From IMG/VR virus record IMGVR_UViG_2706795703_000001, positions 8,140 through 72,139 of that record: 64,000 nucleotides of DNA; one strand, written 5' to 3'. Source of the stretch: a virus (Duplodnaviria; Caudoviricetes). Both the position numbers and the translations under genes were made by a program. The notes under the pieces are model-generated. The model made no database searches and was not told where the DNA came from. It saw only the letters and a list, made by a program, of their open reading frames with translations. Shown in pieces: positions 18,901 to 28,367 of the stretch (position 1 is its first letter; each line of letters starts with the position of its first letter).

Positions 18901-19024
18901 GCTGGAGCGCGGCGGGTTTGGCGGCGGTGGCAGTCGCACCGTCCACGCCCCCATTACTGTGATCGGCGGCGGCACCGACACCGCCGACGCGATTGAGAAC
19001 CGCTTGCTCAAGCTGATGCCGTAG
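12995..19024 (+). CDS. Tape measure protein (2009 aa) with NlpC/P60-like domain
   Basis: Longest ORF; Ala/Gly-rich helical repeats; YSWG..DCSG..H motif near 16.8-17.1 kb. Confidence 0.95.
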   Translation: MTDVGKISLGVEIHADDLTAQLGEAVRRAVLPTLDKLNRKLNEVQREYRNTGNAAERSADKQVRQLRRVAAEANATAAAVRAATTAAYGGPRTGDPVPRIERQRRSTDGLATSTARVAAAQADLNTSIDIFGRRSPQVIAAQQRLDRLQAAHTAQLIRAASESRASTNTRVRDYERLARAAEESAARQMAANRVSAGGGGAANRGGGRRGVLGFLTGPTGLNSIALGASALPAVATGVVNIVGAVQQLGQAGLALPGIFAGGAASIGTAVIGFKGLGDAVKELNEAAKSGDYTKANELLKDMAPAAGEVAREVSRLTQGPLKDFQKAIAQPMLAGVAGDLTTFTDKVLPRAQTGMGKVATAWNGTLKTLLREGSSDKTLSLMDQIFGNTAEGQTRANNAIKPLISAFGTLAKEGSYFLPRLGDGITKVTERFDKFIQKNTANGNIFRWIDEGLNGMRAFGNAILNVFKTITGLTKAAGALNGSLSGDGGFLGWLERSTKAMSDLTNSADGQAKLTRFFRDGREDLNRWGDLLKDIWPALKQIIEGFQAWGDIIFPVVKALGSVAGALGEVPGLLQSILVGFLAWRTIGGIVGGITGKIKGMNAAAAAGGGAAGGFGKGQAALLGGSLLLSGTTMQRNAGTSTTSGVLGALQTIGGGAVLGGTIGSVIPGVGTGIGAVVGGVAGAALAGYNALVNQNKVATEAAAAAAEKWAATNERSHQAMLVNSQAIKSMNDALAESGGKLDANSQAAVGQQIDAIPERLAGAYDEATLKGIATALGDVNMTTDQMAATITGSQAQFDALTARLNNMGPAGQIAAAQLATIRDNTLGAAQNASLAAPLLQQLSDKFGGLAGAQVAVQNAFAAIPEDVPVNINMPNGQAVFDILKEIGAQIQVNKDGLINVTAPLAPSTLEQLKALGVQIQQNKDGTIVVQLDQARYQDTIAKLGTVGQLYDDLFRKSGALPLPPVPGPQRNNAADPFQLPGGADGMVVPGYAPGHDIVNAVLAPGEGVLIPEAVRGLGGPAGVYAINSRYRSGLSKRYYADGGVHVGSGALPGPPGGETELGVLMQIRDLLAGKGGVGAVAATASATDTIAKASTGTTGQTMGPFGTPIKARNRGYEAAAAAIQALGGDPEKWIGADPTTYIAPTASGALGGTTAALPGTVDIAALQKFALTGNTADLPPGLSMNDPVVTAIVGARNKKKGLSDQAISDLVGQGLAPGGFTGTLDSDNTSLVKALERLRTKGTKVPGGTAAVAGSTGVPMYGIPAGVMDPISAYAQQHTGGQYSWGSSDLAAGLSDCSGAVSDLVEIITQGQATSKRLFSTADAGSVLSSLGAVSGAVPGALQIGWSAEHMRATLPNGVAFESGGGTGQGATYGGNAKGAAGMPNIMSLPVNGVPLGAGMSGALPGGAAGGGTPVFVTNWPGQGQAPPGVNALLGGLASGGGQAAQNVLGDVMGAVAGVGQEGWATKGATYAQLSQLTKEGNPLALAKAFGLNVEDFTRQGGAGTDVEKNDQAYDASGRLFSDTSALFDRTLTSLNAQLDAMRQQMVDVIEQVSQKLNDSALEPVVKAGVQSALEGLKDSVSSAIGTAMGNAAAPPIAEAVSSAVSSLPIDNSGAGNVGGNAAGAVTGVLGMAAGGAVSGGVAGKDSVPALLMPGEFVLNTTDVARMGGTAGVEAARRKGFRHYATGGGVIGNDTVGAEFFGVSQVPIIGAIVNLLVRVLLQVIGVQIEVRDTMNEMSSDFRQFRGDAFQAFDAQGRLLNDTSGLIERTSSSEETAAEERIRILKIVIQALIKYIIEKVIVPITKAVANAAIQAGASAAGAAVNTQAPGAGGIVSSLISSAGQAGVDIAAEVGTDFALAISETLIDMVGDQLQSSFPDLMAGVFGGGALASIFDPAGGFLGTLIGGLLSGITAIFGGLFGGASTVIPGTPFDEGGLAVGKGYLPKAVDDAELVLSPTETDLFGRFVSALERGGFGGGGSRTVHAPITVIGGGTDTADAIENRLLKLMP

Positions 19025-19032
19025 GAGGCAGC

Positions 19033-20466
19033 GTGGCGTTCCGTGGCTACTTCGCCTTAGACGGTGTTGAGTTTGCTAACAGCAGCCGGGTGGTCGCGCA
19101 CATTGGTGCCAACATTCCCACCATGGACCTGGGGGTATTCGGGGAGCCAGGCGATTGCTCGCTGACCCCGGTGGACGGTAGCCCGCTGCTGGCCGAAATG
19201 CCCGCCAGCAGCGTGCCCATCGGGCCGGGGCGGCTGCTGGGGACAGTCCCCGACGGCACCCGGCTGTACGGCCCGAAGCTGGGCCTGGTGGGCGACTGCT
19301 GGACCCCTGACAATATGTGCTTCGGGTGCCGTGACGCCGTTGCCTTCGATGACAGCTGGCCCGCCCTGGCCGACATGCTGGACCACAGCATCTACCGGCC
19401 CGAGCTGGCACCGTGGTACACCACGCGGGTGCCGGAATCAGGCGAGTTCGGCGGGGTCTGGGTGATGGACGTCAAGGGCCTGGACACCACACCGACCCAG
19501 CGCGACATCACCGAGACCGCCGGTGCGGGCGGCGTACCCGGCCCCGTGCGCAACCCCAGCCGTACCGTGACGTTCGACGCCCTGCTGATCGGCTGCACCA
19601 ACGCCGGAGTGACCTACGGCCTCCAGTGGCTGACGTGCCTGCTGCGGGGCACCGACGCCGACGAGGGCAGCGTGCTGCGCTACCTGGCCGCGCACCCCGG
19701 CGGCAGCACCGCCGACCCCGTGACGCTCATCCGCGAAGTCCACGGGGTGGTGCTGACCCAGGAGCCGCAGATACAGGACGCGGTCAACGCCGCCCGGCAC
19801 CCCAACAGCCAGGCCACGGTGTACCGCGTGCAATGGACCATGACCGTGACCCGGCCGTATGCCTACAGCCCGCCGGTCGACGTCGCGGTGGACTGGGACA
19901 CCACGGTGCTGGAGCCCATCAGCTGGGTGCACGGGGCCGACTGCAAAACCCCCGCCAGCTGTGCCGACATGCCGGTGTTCCTGGCCGAGGGCTGCTCGGT
20001 CGAGCGCATCGAGGTGGTCAGCACCCCGCCGCCGACGTGCGGCGGCTGTATGCCGGTCTGCGCGGTCGAGACGCGGCTGTTCGAGCTGCCGACGTTCGAC
20101 ACCCCATATCGGTGCCGCGAGACAGCGGTGACGCTGCGGGTGACCAACAACAGCGAGGACACCCTGACGCTGCAAGCCTGGTACCGCCGCCGCAACACCC
20201 GCGAGCAGTGCAACGACCAGCTGCACCCCGTTCAGCTGACCGGCGTGCCCAGCCAGGGCACCGTAGTGCTCGATGGCATCAGCGGGGGCTTCTGGCTGGA
20301 GTGGGCCGGGCGCAAGCGCCGCCCCTTCTACATGGTCAGCACCCCCAGCGGGGCCCCGTGGCGGCCAGCGGTCATCGACCGCAGCCAGGACTGGGAGCTA
20401 GTGGTGGTCACCGACGGCGCTGCCACCTTCGACATGGGCATGACCCTGGTGGACCGGGAGGTGTGA
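19033..20466 (+). CDS. Minor tail protein (distal tail-like, 477 aa)
   Basis: First gene after the tape measure; SD AGGAGG. Confidence 0.75.
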   Translation: MAFRGYFALDGVEFANSSRVVAHIGANIPTMDLGVFGEPGDCSLTPVDGSPLLAEMPASSVPIGPGRLLGTVPDGTRLYGPKLGLVGDCWTPDNMCFGCRDAVAFDDSWPALADMLDHSIYRPELAPWYTTRVPESGEFGGVWVMDVKGLDTTPTQRDITETAGAGGVPGPVRNPSRTVTFDALLIGCTNAGVTYGLQWLTCLLRGTDADEGSVLRYLAAHPGGSTADPVTLIREVHGVVLTQEPQIQDAVNAARHPNSQATVYRVQWTMTVTRPYAYSPPVDVAVDWDTTVLEPISWVHGADCKTPASCADMPVFLAEGCSVERIEVVSTPPPTCGGCMPVCAVETRLFELPTFDTPYRCRETAVTLRVTNNSEDTLTLQAWYRRRNTREQCNDQLHPVQLTGVPSQGTVVLDGISGGFWLEWAGRKRRPFYMVSTPSGAPWRPAVIDRSQDWELVVVTDGAATFDMGMTLVDREV

Positions 20467-20467
20467 T

Positions 20468-21550
20468 GTGGCAGTCGTTACCGACGATCTGCTGGTCAGC
20501 CTGCACACCGCCCAGGGTGATGGCGTCTACCAATTCACCCCCGACGACTACAGCGGCCTGAACTGGACGCGCGACCACCGCGACACCAGCCGCTGCGATC
20601 TAACGGTGCCACCGCTGCTGCCCGGCGGCAGTCGGCTGCCGGACATCGTCTACTGGCACCACTGGCTGACCGTCTGGGACGGTGACCGGCTGGGCAGCGC
20701 CGAGGGCGTGCTGTGGACCGGGCCTATCAAGAAAATCCGCGACAACCGCGCGGGGCTGACGCTTCAGGCCGTCGACCACAGCGCCTACCTGGCCCGCACC
20801 CGCAACCCGATGACCAAGCGCTGGGACGCCGCCGACCCCGCCACGGTGGCCGGTGAGCTGTGGTCGGCCATGGTGTTGGCCCAGGGTCTGCGCACCAGGC
20901 CGGTGGTGCTGGCCGACCCCGAGGGCGACCGCTACGACTTCCAGGTGGTCACCGATGAGAAGACCCTGGACCAGACCCTGGGGGACTTGGTCAGCTACGG
21001 CCTGCGCTGGTCGGTCGTCGCGGGCACCCCGGTGCTGGGCCCGCTGTCGCTGGAGCCGGTGGCCACCCTGGGCGAGGAGCACTTCCTGGGCGACGGCATC
21101 GACTTCGTGCGCGACGGCAGCGCGGTGGTCAACAACGTACTGGTGCGGGGCCCGGTCAACCTGGCCCGCGCGGCGGTGGACTTCTACGGCCAGAATCTTC
21201 AGGCAATTGTCAACGTGGACAACATGTCTGGGGTCAGCAACGTCACACGTGCCGCCCAGCAATATGTGCAGTCGGCCGGTCGGGTGCGCACCACGCTCGA
21301 GCTGCCCGGCAGCACCGTGCTGTCCCCGACCGCGCCGGTGTCCATTGACCAACTGATGCCCAGCGCGCGGTTCATTATCGAGGCCCGGGGCACCCGGCAG
21401 CTGATGGCGCTGACCGGCTGCGAGGTCGACCGCCGCGCCGGTGCAGCTACCGTGAAGGTCAGCATGGAGACCGTCGAGGAGAAGATAGAGCTGACCAGCC
21501 AGAAGACCGGTCAGGCGCTGACCCTTGGTGCCGGGGCGGCGGGGCGGTGA
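20468..21550 (+). CDS. Minor tail protein (hub-like, 360 aa)
   Basis: Second gene after the tape measure; SD GGGAGG. Confidence 0.75.
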   Translation: MAVVTDDLLVSLHTAQGDGVYQFTPDDYSGLNWTRDHRDTSRCDLTVPPLLPGGSRLPDIVYWHHWLTVWDGDRLGSAEGVLWTGPIKKIRDNRAGLTLQAVDHSAYLARTRNPMTKRWDAADPATVAGELWSAMVLAQGLRTRPVVLADPEGDRYDFQVVTDEKTLDQTLGDLVSYGLRWSVVAGTPVLGPLSLEPVATLGEEHFLGDGIDFVRDGSAVVNNVLVRGPVNLARAAVDFYGQNLQAIVNVDNMSGVSNVTRAAQQYVQSAGRVRTTLELPGSTVLSPTAPVSIDQLMPSARFIIEARGTRQLMALTGCEVDRRAGAATVKVSMETVEEKIELTSQKTGQALTLGAGAAGR

Positions 21551-23844
21551 CCGCGCTGCTGGTGCCGGGGCGCACCCCGCAGAACGACGCCGAGCTGGCC
21601 CGGTCCTTCCATGACCGTCTGCGCAAGCTGGAGACCGCCAGCACCGTGCGCGTCGGCCCGTGGGTGCTGTCCAACGATCCGACCACGGGCAACCTGCGGG
21701 CCACCCGGCCGGGGCAGACCGTGGTTATTGACGACCAGGGCGCAACCCAGACCCTGGACGCCGCCAGCCTGAACCTGTCCGGCTACGTCACCGACAAAGA
21801 GCTGGTAGACGCGCTAAGCCAGATCGACACCGGCGGCTCGCTGGAGTCCATGTGGTCTGACCTGTACACCGCGCTGACGGGCCTGCTGAACCCGGTCAAT
21901 GCGCTGGCGGCGCTGGCCAACTTCTTCAAGGTCGAGCTGGGCAGCCCGATCACCAGCAATCGCCTCCCACTCATCCCGCTGTCGCACATCCGGCCGGTCA
22001 ACCCGAACCTGCTGCTCGACGGCAGTTTCGATGACGAGGCCACGCTGTCGGGCTTCCCAGACTGGGACTACGACGAGGCCGACGGTCGCAGCCGCCCCGG
22101 TAGCGCCTACACCATGGCCGACGGGCTGACCCACACCATCCGCAGCAACGCGGTGGAGGTGGAGGCCGACGACGAGCTGGACGCGGAGGTGTACGCCAAG
22201 TGGGTGGGCCTGGTGGTCAGCGCCGCCACGCCCATTCAGCTGGCCATTGCCAGCTACGACGAGAACGACGTACTGATCGGCGGCGCGCCTGCGGTGGTGG
22301 CCAGCGCCGGGGCAGCGGGCAACAGCGGCGGGACCAACGGCTGGGGCACCAAGCTGAGCGTTACCGGGTGGAGCCCGCCCAGCAATGCCAAGTACGTGGT
22401 GGTGGAACTGACGGTGACCCCCGGCGCGACCGGCGGCACCGTCAAGTACGACGATGCGGCGCTGCGCAAGACCGGCACCCTGCCCCAGCAGTACATCACT
22501 GGGCTGGTCGACGCACTATCGGGGCTGTGGGCAGGTGTGCAGGCCCGCATTGACGACTTCATGGACCTGCTGGATGCCTTCGGTGGTTTCGTCATCGGCA
22601 CCGGCCAGGGCCAGCTGACCGACGTGATTACCCGGCTGCAAGCGCTCAACCCGCTCACCGGTGTGTTCGACGCCAGCAAGCTCGGCAACCTGGCCAACAT
22701 CCCGGCCATCGGCCAGGACAAGATCATCGGCCTGGTGGACGACCTGGCCGACGCGGTGGCCAATGGTGGCCAGACCGTGCGGGATGCGATCGTGCAGGCG
22801 CTGACGGGTGCGGTGCCGCCGGGCGGCGCGACAGACGCCAACGTGATCAGCGCGCTGACCAGCATTCCGGCCACGTTGGTGCAGAGCGCGGTGGAGGGCG
22901 CGAGCAACATTGACGACGCCATCCAGCAGGCGCTGAACGCCGTGGTGGAAGGCGCGAGCGGCGTGCTGAGCGCGCCCGGCACCTTCGTGGACATGATCAA
23001 CCAGCTGGCGGGCCTGCGGAACAGCGCCGCCGGTGCGAACGCGGCGGTGGTCAATCTCCAGGCGACCGTGGCCGGGCTGGACCCGGCGGCGTCGTCGGAG
23101 GTCATCAACTTCGGCGAGTACGTGGACGCGGCCACGCCGCCCAGCATGTTCACGAAGTTCTCCGACACCGGTTCCGGCGCGCTGATCACCAGCGCCGGTG
23201 AGCTGCGCTGGGACAGTGCCAGCGCTGGGCGCGAGCTGTACCTGTTCAACGGCGGCCCACTCCAGACCGACCTGTTCGAGGTGTCGGTGGTGCTGCCGCA
23301 GGTGCCGACGCACGGCTGGTTCGGTGCCGACAGCACGAACTACATCTGGCTGATCGGTCGGTCGAATGCGGGCAGCACTGCCCTGGTGGCGGCGCGCCTG
23401 GCCTGGGATGAGATTCGCCTGTACAACCTGGCGGGCGGCACGTTTACACAGTTTGGCCCCACCATCAGCGAGAGCGACCTGCTCACCGCCGGTTGCTCGG
23501 TCAGCTTCAAGGGCGGCACGGTGGCCGATCCCCGGTACTTCCATGTGTCCATCAATGGCACCAAGAAGCTGGTCTACACCGACGGCTCCGGTGGCCCGCC
23601 GGTCACGGTGCTGGGGCCGGATTACCGGAACTGTGGCCTGGGCGTGGAGAAGGGCAGCAGCTACCTCACCGCCACGGTGAGCACCTGGTCCATGCTCGAC
23701 GGCGGCAGCAGCGCCGGGTCCGGTGTGGTGGCCGGTTACACCGCCGCTGGTCTGACCAACCTGAACCTCTGGAAGGGCACCGCCGCGCAGTACGCGGCCA
23801 TCCCGACCAAGAACCCGAACACCATCTACGTGGTGAAGAACTGA
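21547..23844 (+). CDS. Minor tail protein / central fibre (765 aa)
   Basis: GTGA overlap; beta-sandwich-like regions; C-terminal TAAQYAAIPTKNPNTIYVV motif. Confidence 0.8.
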   Translation: MTALLVPGRTPQNDAELARSFHDRLRKLETASTVRVGPWVLSNDPTTGNLRATRPGQTVVIDDQGATQTLDAASLNLSGYVTDKELVDALSQIDTGGSLESMWSDLYTALTGLLNPVNALAALANFFKVELGSPITSNRLPLIPLSHIRPVNPNLLLDGSFDDEATLSGFPDWDYDEADGRSRPGSAYTMADGLTHTIRSNAVEVEADDELDAEVYAKWVGLVVSAATPIQLAIASYDENDVLIGGAPAVVASAGAAGNSGGTNGWGTKLSVTGWSPPSNAKYVVVELTVTPGATGGTVKYDDAALRKTGTLPQQYITGLVDALSGLWAGVQARIDDFMDLLDAFGGFVIGTGQGQLTDVITRLQALNPLTGVFDASKLGNLANIPAIGQDKIIGLVDDLADAVANGGQTVRDAIVQALTGAVPPGGATDANVISALTSIPATLVQSAVEGASNIDDAIQQALNAVVEGASGVLSAPGTFVDMINQLAGLRNSAAGANAAVVNLQATVAGLDPAASSEVINFGEYVDAATPPSMFTKFSDTGSGALITSAGELRWDSASAGRELYLFNGGPLQTDLFEVSVVLPQVPTHGWFGADSTNYIWLIGRSNAGSTALVAARLAWDEIRLYNLAGGTFTQFGPTISESDLLTAGCSVSFKGGTVADPRYFHVSINGTKKLVYTDGSGGPPVTVLGPDYRNCGLGVEKGSSYLTATVSTWSMLDGGSSAGSGVVAGYTAAGLTNLNLWKGTAAQYAAIPTKNPNTIYVVKN

Positions 23845-25184
23845 TGCCAGTTTTCATCGGTGACGAGACCATCGACACTCTGCTGAACCAGCTGGGCCAG
23901 GACTACGACAGCGTGTATATCGGCAGCGACAAGGTGTGGCCGGACATCACGTTCCCCTACACCCTGGTGAACACCAACGTCACCGGCGCGGCCATCCCAC
24001 CGGGCGCGACCGGCGCATGGGTTCACCTCTGGGGCCGGGGCACTCCTGGCGGCAACGGCGGGCACGAGGACGGCACCCCGTCCAATGGTGACGCACCGGG
24101 CGGCTCGGGCGGCGGCGGCGGCGGGCACGTGCACAAAATCTTCATCTACGTGGAGGACATGGGCTCGGACTGGTCGCTGTTCTACGGGCCAGCTGCGGGC
24201 GCTCCCAACCGCTTCATCACGGGCGGCATCGACCTGATCGCCAACAGCGCCAACGGCGTGAACGGTGGCACCGCCGTGGCCAACGGGCTGACCGCCGACT
24301 ACTACTCGCCACGGGCATCCAATGGCGGCAACCGGGGCCAGGACTCCAACGGGGGCGGTGCAGGCGGCGCGAACGGCGGTAGTGCCAGCTGGACAGGTGA
24401 CAACGCACCGAACACCAGCCCGCCCGGCCAGCGCGGCATCGGTTCCAACGGCGGCACCAACGGCGGTACTGGCGGCATCGCCTACGGCTCAGGCAACGCG
24501 CATCACTACGCCAGCGGTGGCGGTGGCGGTGGCGGTGGTGGATACACCGCTGGCGGTCCCGGTGGCGCGGGCACACAGAACACGGGCGGCACTGGCGGGT
24601 CCGGCGGCGCGGCGCGTGCCGAGGTCATCTGGACCAACGAGATTGTTCCCAAGGACAAGACCTGGGAGTACGCGCCCGGTGCGTGGAGCTGGACCGTACC
24701 TGCCTGGGCGCAGACCGGATGGGCGGTCGACCTGATCGAGTTCGGCGGCGGCAAGGGCGGCAACAACGGCGGCAGCACCAGCGCCGGAAACGGTGGCCTG
24801 GGCAGCGTCGGCGTCGGCCAGACGCTCATCATCGGTACCGACATTGCCCTGGGCGGCACCCTGAGCGGCAACGTGGGCAGCGGCGGCGCAAGCAACGGCG
24901 GCAACGGCGGGAACACCACCTGTACGCAGACCGGCCTCACCAGCAACGGCGCAACGGGCACCAACAGCGCCCAGGCGGGCACGGCGGCCACCGGCGTCAC
25001 CATCGGCGGCAAGACCTACGGCGGCGGCGCTGGCGGGTCTACGGGTAGCACGACGTCGGCAGGGCAGGCGGGCAGCCCGCCGGGCGGTGGCGGCCAGGGC
25101 GGCGGGTCGATCTTCTTTGTCGGCCAGGCTGGTGGCGTCGGCGGCGAGGGCCGGGTGTACGTGCGGCTGCGGCAGGTGGTCTAG
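23844..25184 (+). CDS. Glycine-rich minor tail protein (446 aa)
   Basis: ATG 23844 at a TGATG overlap; two GGGGG/GGxGG glycine-rich domains. Confidence 0.8.
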   Translation: MPVFIGDETIDTLLNQLGQDYDSVYIGSDKVWPDITFPYTLVNTNVTGAAIPPGATGAWVHLWGRGTPGGNGGHEDGTPSNGDAPGGSGGGGGGHVHKIFIYVEDMGSDWSLFYGPAAGAPNRFITGGIDLIANSANGVNGGTAVANGLTADYYSPRASNGGNRGQDSNGGGAGGANGGSASWTGDNAPNTSPPGQRGIGSNGGTNGGTGGIAYGSGNAHHYASGGGGGGGGGYTAGGPGGAGTQNTGGTGGSGGAARAEVIWTNEIVPKDKTWEYAPGAWSWTVPAWAQTGWAVDLIEFGGGKGGNNGGSTSAGNGGLGSVGVGQTLIIGTDIALGGTLSGNVGSGGASNGGNGGNTTCTQTGLTSNGATGTNSAQAGTAATGVTIGGKTYGGGAGGSTGSTTSAGQAGSPPGGGGQGGGSIFFVGQAGGVGGEGRVYVRLRQVV

Positions 25185-25186
25185 CG

Positions 25187-26344
25187 GTGACGGGCTGGTT
25201 CCAGGCCCTGTCGCCGCCACCGCTGCCCGCACCGGGCTGGTTCGACAGCGAGGCCACACCACAGCCGCCGGAGCCCGACGTGGCCTGGTGGGCGGTGCTT
25301 ACCGTCGACATGGCCCACACCGTGGCGGCGGTCAACACCATGGAGCTGGGTGCGTTCAAGGCCCTGGGCATCGTCCACAGCGTTCACGCCACCCACCAGC
25401 TGGCGCTCCAGGCGCTGCTGCGGCTGAACGTGGCGCACAGCGTCACCGCACAGAACACCCTGGCCTTCCAGGGGCTCTACATGCTGGACATGTCACTGGC
25501 GCTGAGCGTGCAGCACGCGCTCACCCTGGCCCGCGTGAAGGACATCGCGGTGCCCATGCCGGTGGCGGTCGGCCACCAGCTGACCCTGGCCCGCGTGCTG
25601 GACATGCAGCTGGAGCACGCCCTGGCCAGCAGCCAGGTGCTGACGCTCCAGAAGTACCGCACGCTGGCCGTGACGCAGAACGTGGCGGTCGGCCAGTCGC
25701 TGGACCTGGCCAAGGTGCGCACCCTGGCCATGGCGCACAGCCTGGGCGTCACCCACCAGATGGCCATGGGCTTCCCGCCGACGGGCCTGCCCGCCCCGGC
25801 CAACTTCACCACCGCCGGGGCTTACACCTACGTGTTCCCGCGCAACTGTGACTTCGTGGACGCGGTGCTGCTCGGGGCCGGGGGCGGCGGGGCCAGCTCG
25901 GGCACGTTCTACACACTCAAGGGCTACCCCGGCGAGGCGGGCGTCTGGGCCACCGCCACCCTCCAGCGCGGGCTGACGCTGGCGTGGACGGTCACGCAGT
26001 TCACCGGCCAGGTGGGCACGGGCGGCGCTCGCGGTAGCGGTGGCTTCACGGGCACCGCCGGGCAGGCCGGTACCGCCACCACGTCGGCCGCAACCGGCTG
26101 GGGCGGGCTCAGCGGCGCGGGCGGTGCCGGTGGCATTGCGAACGCCACGGGCACCAGCGACAACGTGGGCCGGTCACCGGGGAACATCACGTACAACGGC
26201 ATTCCGTACACGGGCGGCGGCACGCAGAGCACCAACGGCGCAGCCGGTAACCCGCCTGGTGGCGGCGGTGCGGGCGGTTCCAACTTCGGCGGGGCTGGCG
26301 GTGTCGGCGCTGCGGGGGCGGCTCGTTACAGGGCCTACCAGTAG
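25187..26344 (+). CDS. Minor tail protein with ~18-aa repeats and glycine-rich C-terminal domain (385 aa)
   Basis: Repeats such as VAVGHQLTLARV; YTYVFPRNCDFVDAVLLGAGGGG. Confidence 0.75.
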   Translation: MTGWFQALSPPPLPAPGWFDSEATPQPPEPDVAWWAVLTVDMAHTVAAVNTMELGAFKALGIVHSVHATHQLALQALLRLNVAHSVTAQNTLAFQGLYMLDMSLALSVQHALTLARVKDIAVPMPVAVGHQLTLARVLDMQLEHALASSQVLTLQKYRTLAVTQNVAVGQSLDLAKVRTLAMAHSLGVTHQMAMGFPPTGLPAPANFTTAGAYTYVFPRNCDFVDAVLLGAGGGGASSGTFYTLKGYPGEAGVWATATLQRGLTLAWTVTQFTGQVGTGGARGSGGFTGTAGQAGTATTSAATGWGGLSGAGGAGGIANATGTSDNVGRSPGNITYNGIPYTGGGTQSTNGAAGNPPGGGGAGGSNFGGAGGVGAAGAARYRAYQ

Positions 26345-26354
26345 GATCACGACC

Positions 26355-26747
26355 GTGGCTGTGGGAATGACCGCCTACTTGGCGAACAAGTTGCTGGACC
26401 ACGTGTTCCGCAACGTGGCATACACCCCGCCAGCTGTGGTGTACTTCCGGCCGCACATCGGTGACCCCGGCGCGCTGGGCACCGCCAACGGGTCGGCGAA
26501 TACCACGCGCTACGCGATGAGCTTCGGCGTGGCCGGGGCCAGCACCGCCGGGCAGATCGCCCTGACCAACTTCCCCGAGCACACCCTGAACGCCACCGAG
26601 ACCATCACGCACGGTTCGATCTGGGACGCCGCCAGCGGCGGCAACTGCTTGATCACCGGCCAGGCCACCGTCAGCAAGGGCGGCGTCAGCGGTGACATCA
26701 TCCGGCTCGCTTCCGACATCGTGGGCATCACGCCCATTGCCGCATAG
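26355..26747 (+). CDS. Small tail fibre-family protein (130 aa)
   Basis: GTG 26355; AYLANKLLDH...ITHGSIWDAASGGN motif common in actinophage tails. Confidence 0.7.
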   Translation: MAVGMTAYLANKLLDHVFRNVAYTPPAVVYFRPHIGDPGALGTANGSANTTRYAMSFGVAGASTAGQIALTNFPEHTLNATETITHGSIWDAASGGNCLITGQATVSKGGVSGDIIRLASDIVGITPIAA

Positions 26748-26756
26748 GAGACACCC

Positions 26757-27110
26757 ATGCCCGCACTCACCTGGTCGGTGGCCTGGGAGGTCGCTACACC
26801 GCCCGTGGAGCTGCTGCCTGCCCAGCCCGTCCCACCGACGCCGCCCGGCGACGACGCCGACGAGGCGGCGGCGCAGCAGTACAGCGACGATTACGCCGCC
26901 TACGAGGTGGCCCTGGACGCGGCCTATCACCAGACCCAGACCGTGCTGGCCGATGAGCAGTGGTGGTCAGTGACGCGGCTGGAGTTCACAGACGAGGCCG
27001 AGGCCCGCGCCACGCTGCCGACCATGGTCCGCGCCAACGCCAGCAGCCCCTACGCGCGCAACTTCCGTCTGGAGACATCCCCGCCCCGGGTGTGGTCCCC
27101 CGTAAGCTGA
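26757..27110 (+). CDS. Tail-region hypothetical protein (117 aa)
   Basis: SD AGGAG; codon bias. Confidence 0.7.
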   Translation: MPALTWSVAWEVATPPVELLPAQPVPPTPPGDDADEAAAQQYSDDYAAYEVALDAAYHQTQTVLADEQWWSVTRLEFTDEAEARATLPTMVRANASSPYARNFRLETSPPRVWSPVS

Positions 27111-27114
27111 GCGC

Positions 27115-27768
27115 GTGACCACGCCCAGCGTTTGCGTAGCGGAGAACCTGGTCGTCGGTGACGACGGCAAGCTACGCCTGGCCCCGTGGTCGGTCCCGCG
27201 CAACGTCGTGGACATCCTGGCCCGCAGCGGCGCTGACACCACCAAGCTGCTGGAGACGTCGACGCTGCCCGGCCGTCTACTCATCGACGTGCCGCCGGAG
27301 GCCGTGCTGTGGACCAACACCACCCCGGTGGACCACATGGTGCGCATCGTGGTCACCCGGCGCTGGAAGCGGTGGATCACCAGCAACCCGAACGCGGTGC
27401 AGTTCCGTGACCGCTGGTCTACCGCCGTCACCCCGGCGGGCAACGACGCGGTGATGCCTGCGGTGCCGGTGGTGTCGGGCATCTTCAACAGCCAATGCGG
27501 CAGCGCCGGTGACCTGGGCAGCAACACCGTGGCCGAGCCCGTGCCGGGCAAGTTCTGGGGCTGGTGGGGCACCAACGCCAGCGAGGAGTGGATAGAGCCG
27601 GTGGCCCCTGGTGACACCCTGCGCGTGGCCTACCGCTGCTATGTCTGGACCCCGCCACCCTTCAGCGACAACGCGAACAAGAACGCCCCCGCCCACGAGG
27701 CCGAGGCGGGCTACACCCGCATCCAGCTAACGGCCTTCCCCAAGCAGGGAAAGCTGGTGACCGGATGA
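27115..27768 (+). CDS. Minor tail protein (217 aa), paralogue 1 of 3
   Basis: GTG 6 nt after TAAGCT; beta-rich sequence. Confidence 0.7.
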   Translation: MTTPSVCVAENLVVGDDGKLRLAPWSVPRNVVDILARSGADTTKLLETSTLPGRLLIDVPPEAVLWTNTTPVDHMVRIVVTRRWKRWITSNPNAVQFRDRWSTAVTPAGNDAVMPAVPVVSGIFNSQCGSAGDLGSNTVAEPVPGKFWGWWGTNASEEWIEPVAPGDTLRVAYRCYVWTPPPFSDNANKNAPAHEAEAGYTRIQLTAFPKQGKLVTG

Positions 27769-28367
27769 CCAGCCTGAAGCTATGCACCGCCGAATACATG
27801 CTCAGCGACGTGCGCGGCGTCGGCGTACGCAACACCTGGCTGCCCCAGGTCATAGCCGAGCAGTTCCTGGAGTCCACGAAGGACGGCGAGATAAAGCTGT
27901 CCCCCGACCCGGTGACCATGATTGACGGCGATTTGACCTGGTACAACAACAGCCCCGACCGGGTGCGGGTGTGGGTGCTGGTCCACCGGGCACCCCGCAG
28001 CATCGTGGCGCAGAACCCGGCCACCGTGGTCATCCACGACGCTTGGGCCCACCAGGTCGGTAAGTCCCCCAGCGCGGACTACCCCAGCGTCATGCAGGAC
28101 ACTTTCGGCGGGCGCTTGCAGGTGGACCGCGCCAGCGTGGCCAAGGACTTGCTCCAGTTCGGTCGGTTCTTCCTCGACGGTGACGACAGCCAGACCTACG
28201 TCGATCTGGGTGTGGTGCCGCCTTATCAGTCGTTCCACTTCCGTTACCTGGCCGCTGTCCAGACCCCGGGCGTCTGGACACAGCCCAGCGAGTTCGAGCC
28301 GCGCTGGGAGGCATACGCGCGGTGGACCCGGTTGGTGGCCCTTGGCAGCCCGGTGGGGGCGCTGTGA
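27765..28367 (+). CDS. Minor tail protein (200 aa), paralogue 2 of 3
   Basis: ATGA overlap; shares W.N.SP and V.R.PR motifs with its neighbours. Confidence 0.7.
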   Translation: MTSLKLCTAEYMLSDVRGVGVRNTWLPQVIAEQFLESTKDGEIKLSPDPVTMIDGDLTWYNNSPDRVRVWVLVHRAPRSIVAQNPATVVIHDAWAHQVGKSPSADYPSVMQDTFGGRLQVDRASVAKDLLQFGRFFLDGDDSQTYVDLGVVPPYQSFHFRYLAAVQTPGVWTQPSEFEPRWEAYARWTRLVALGSPVGAL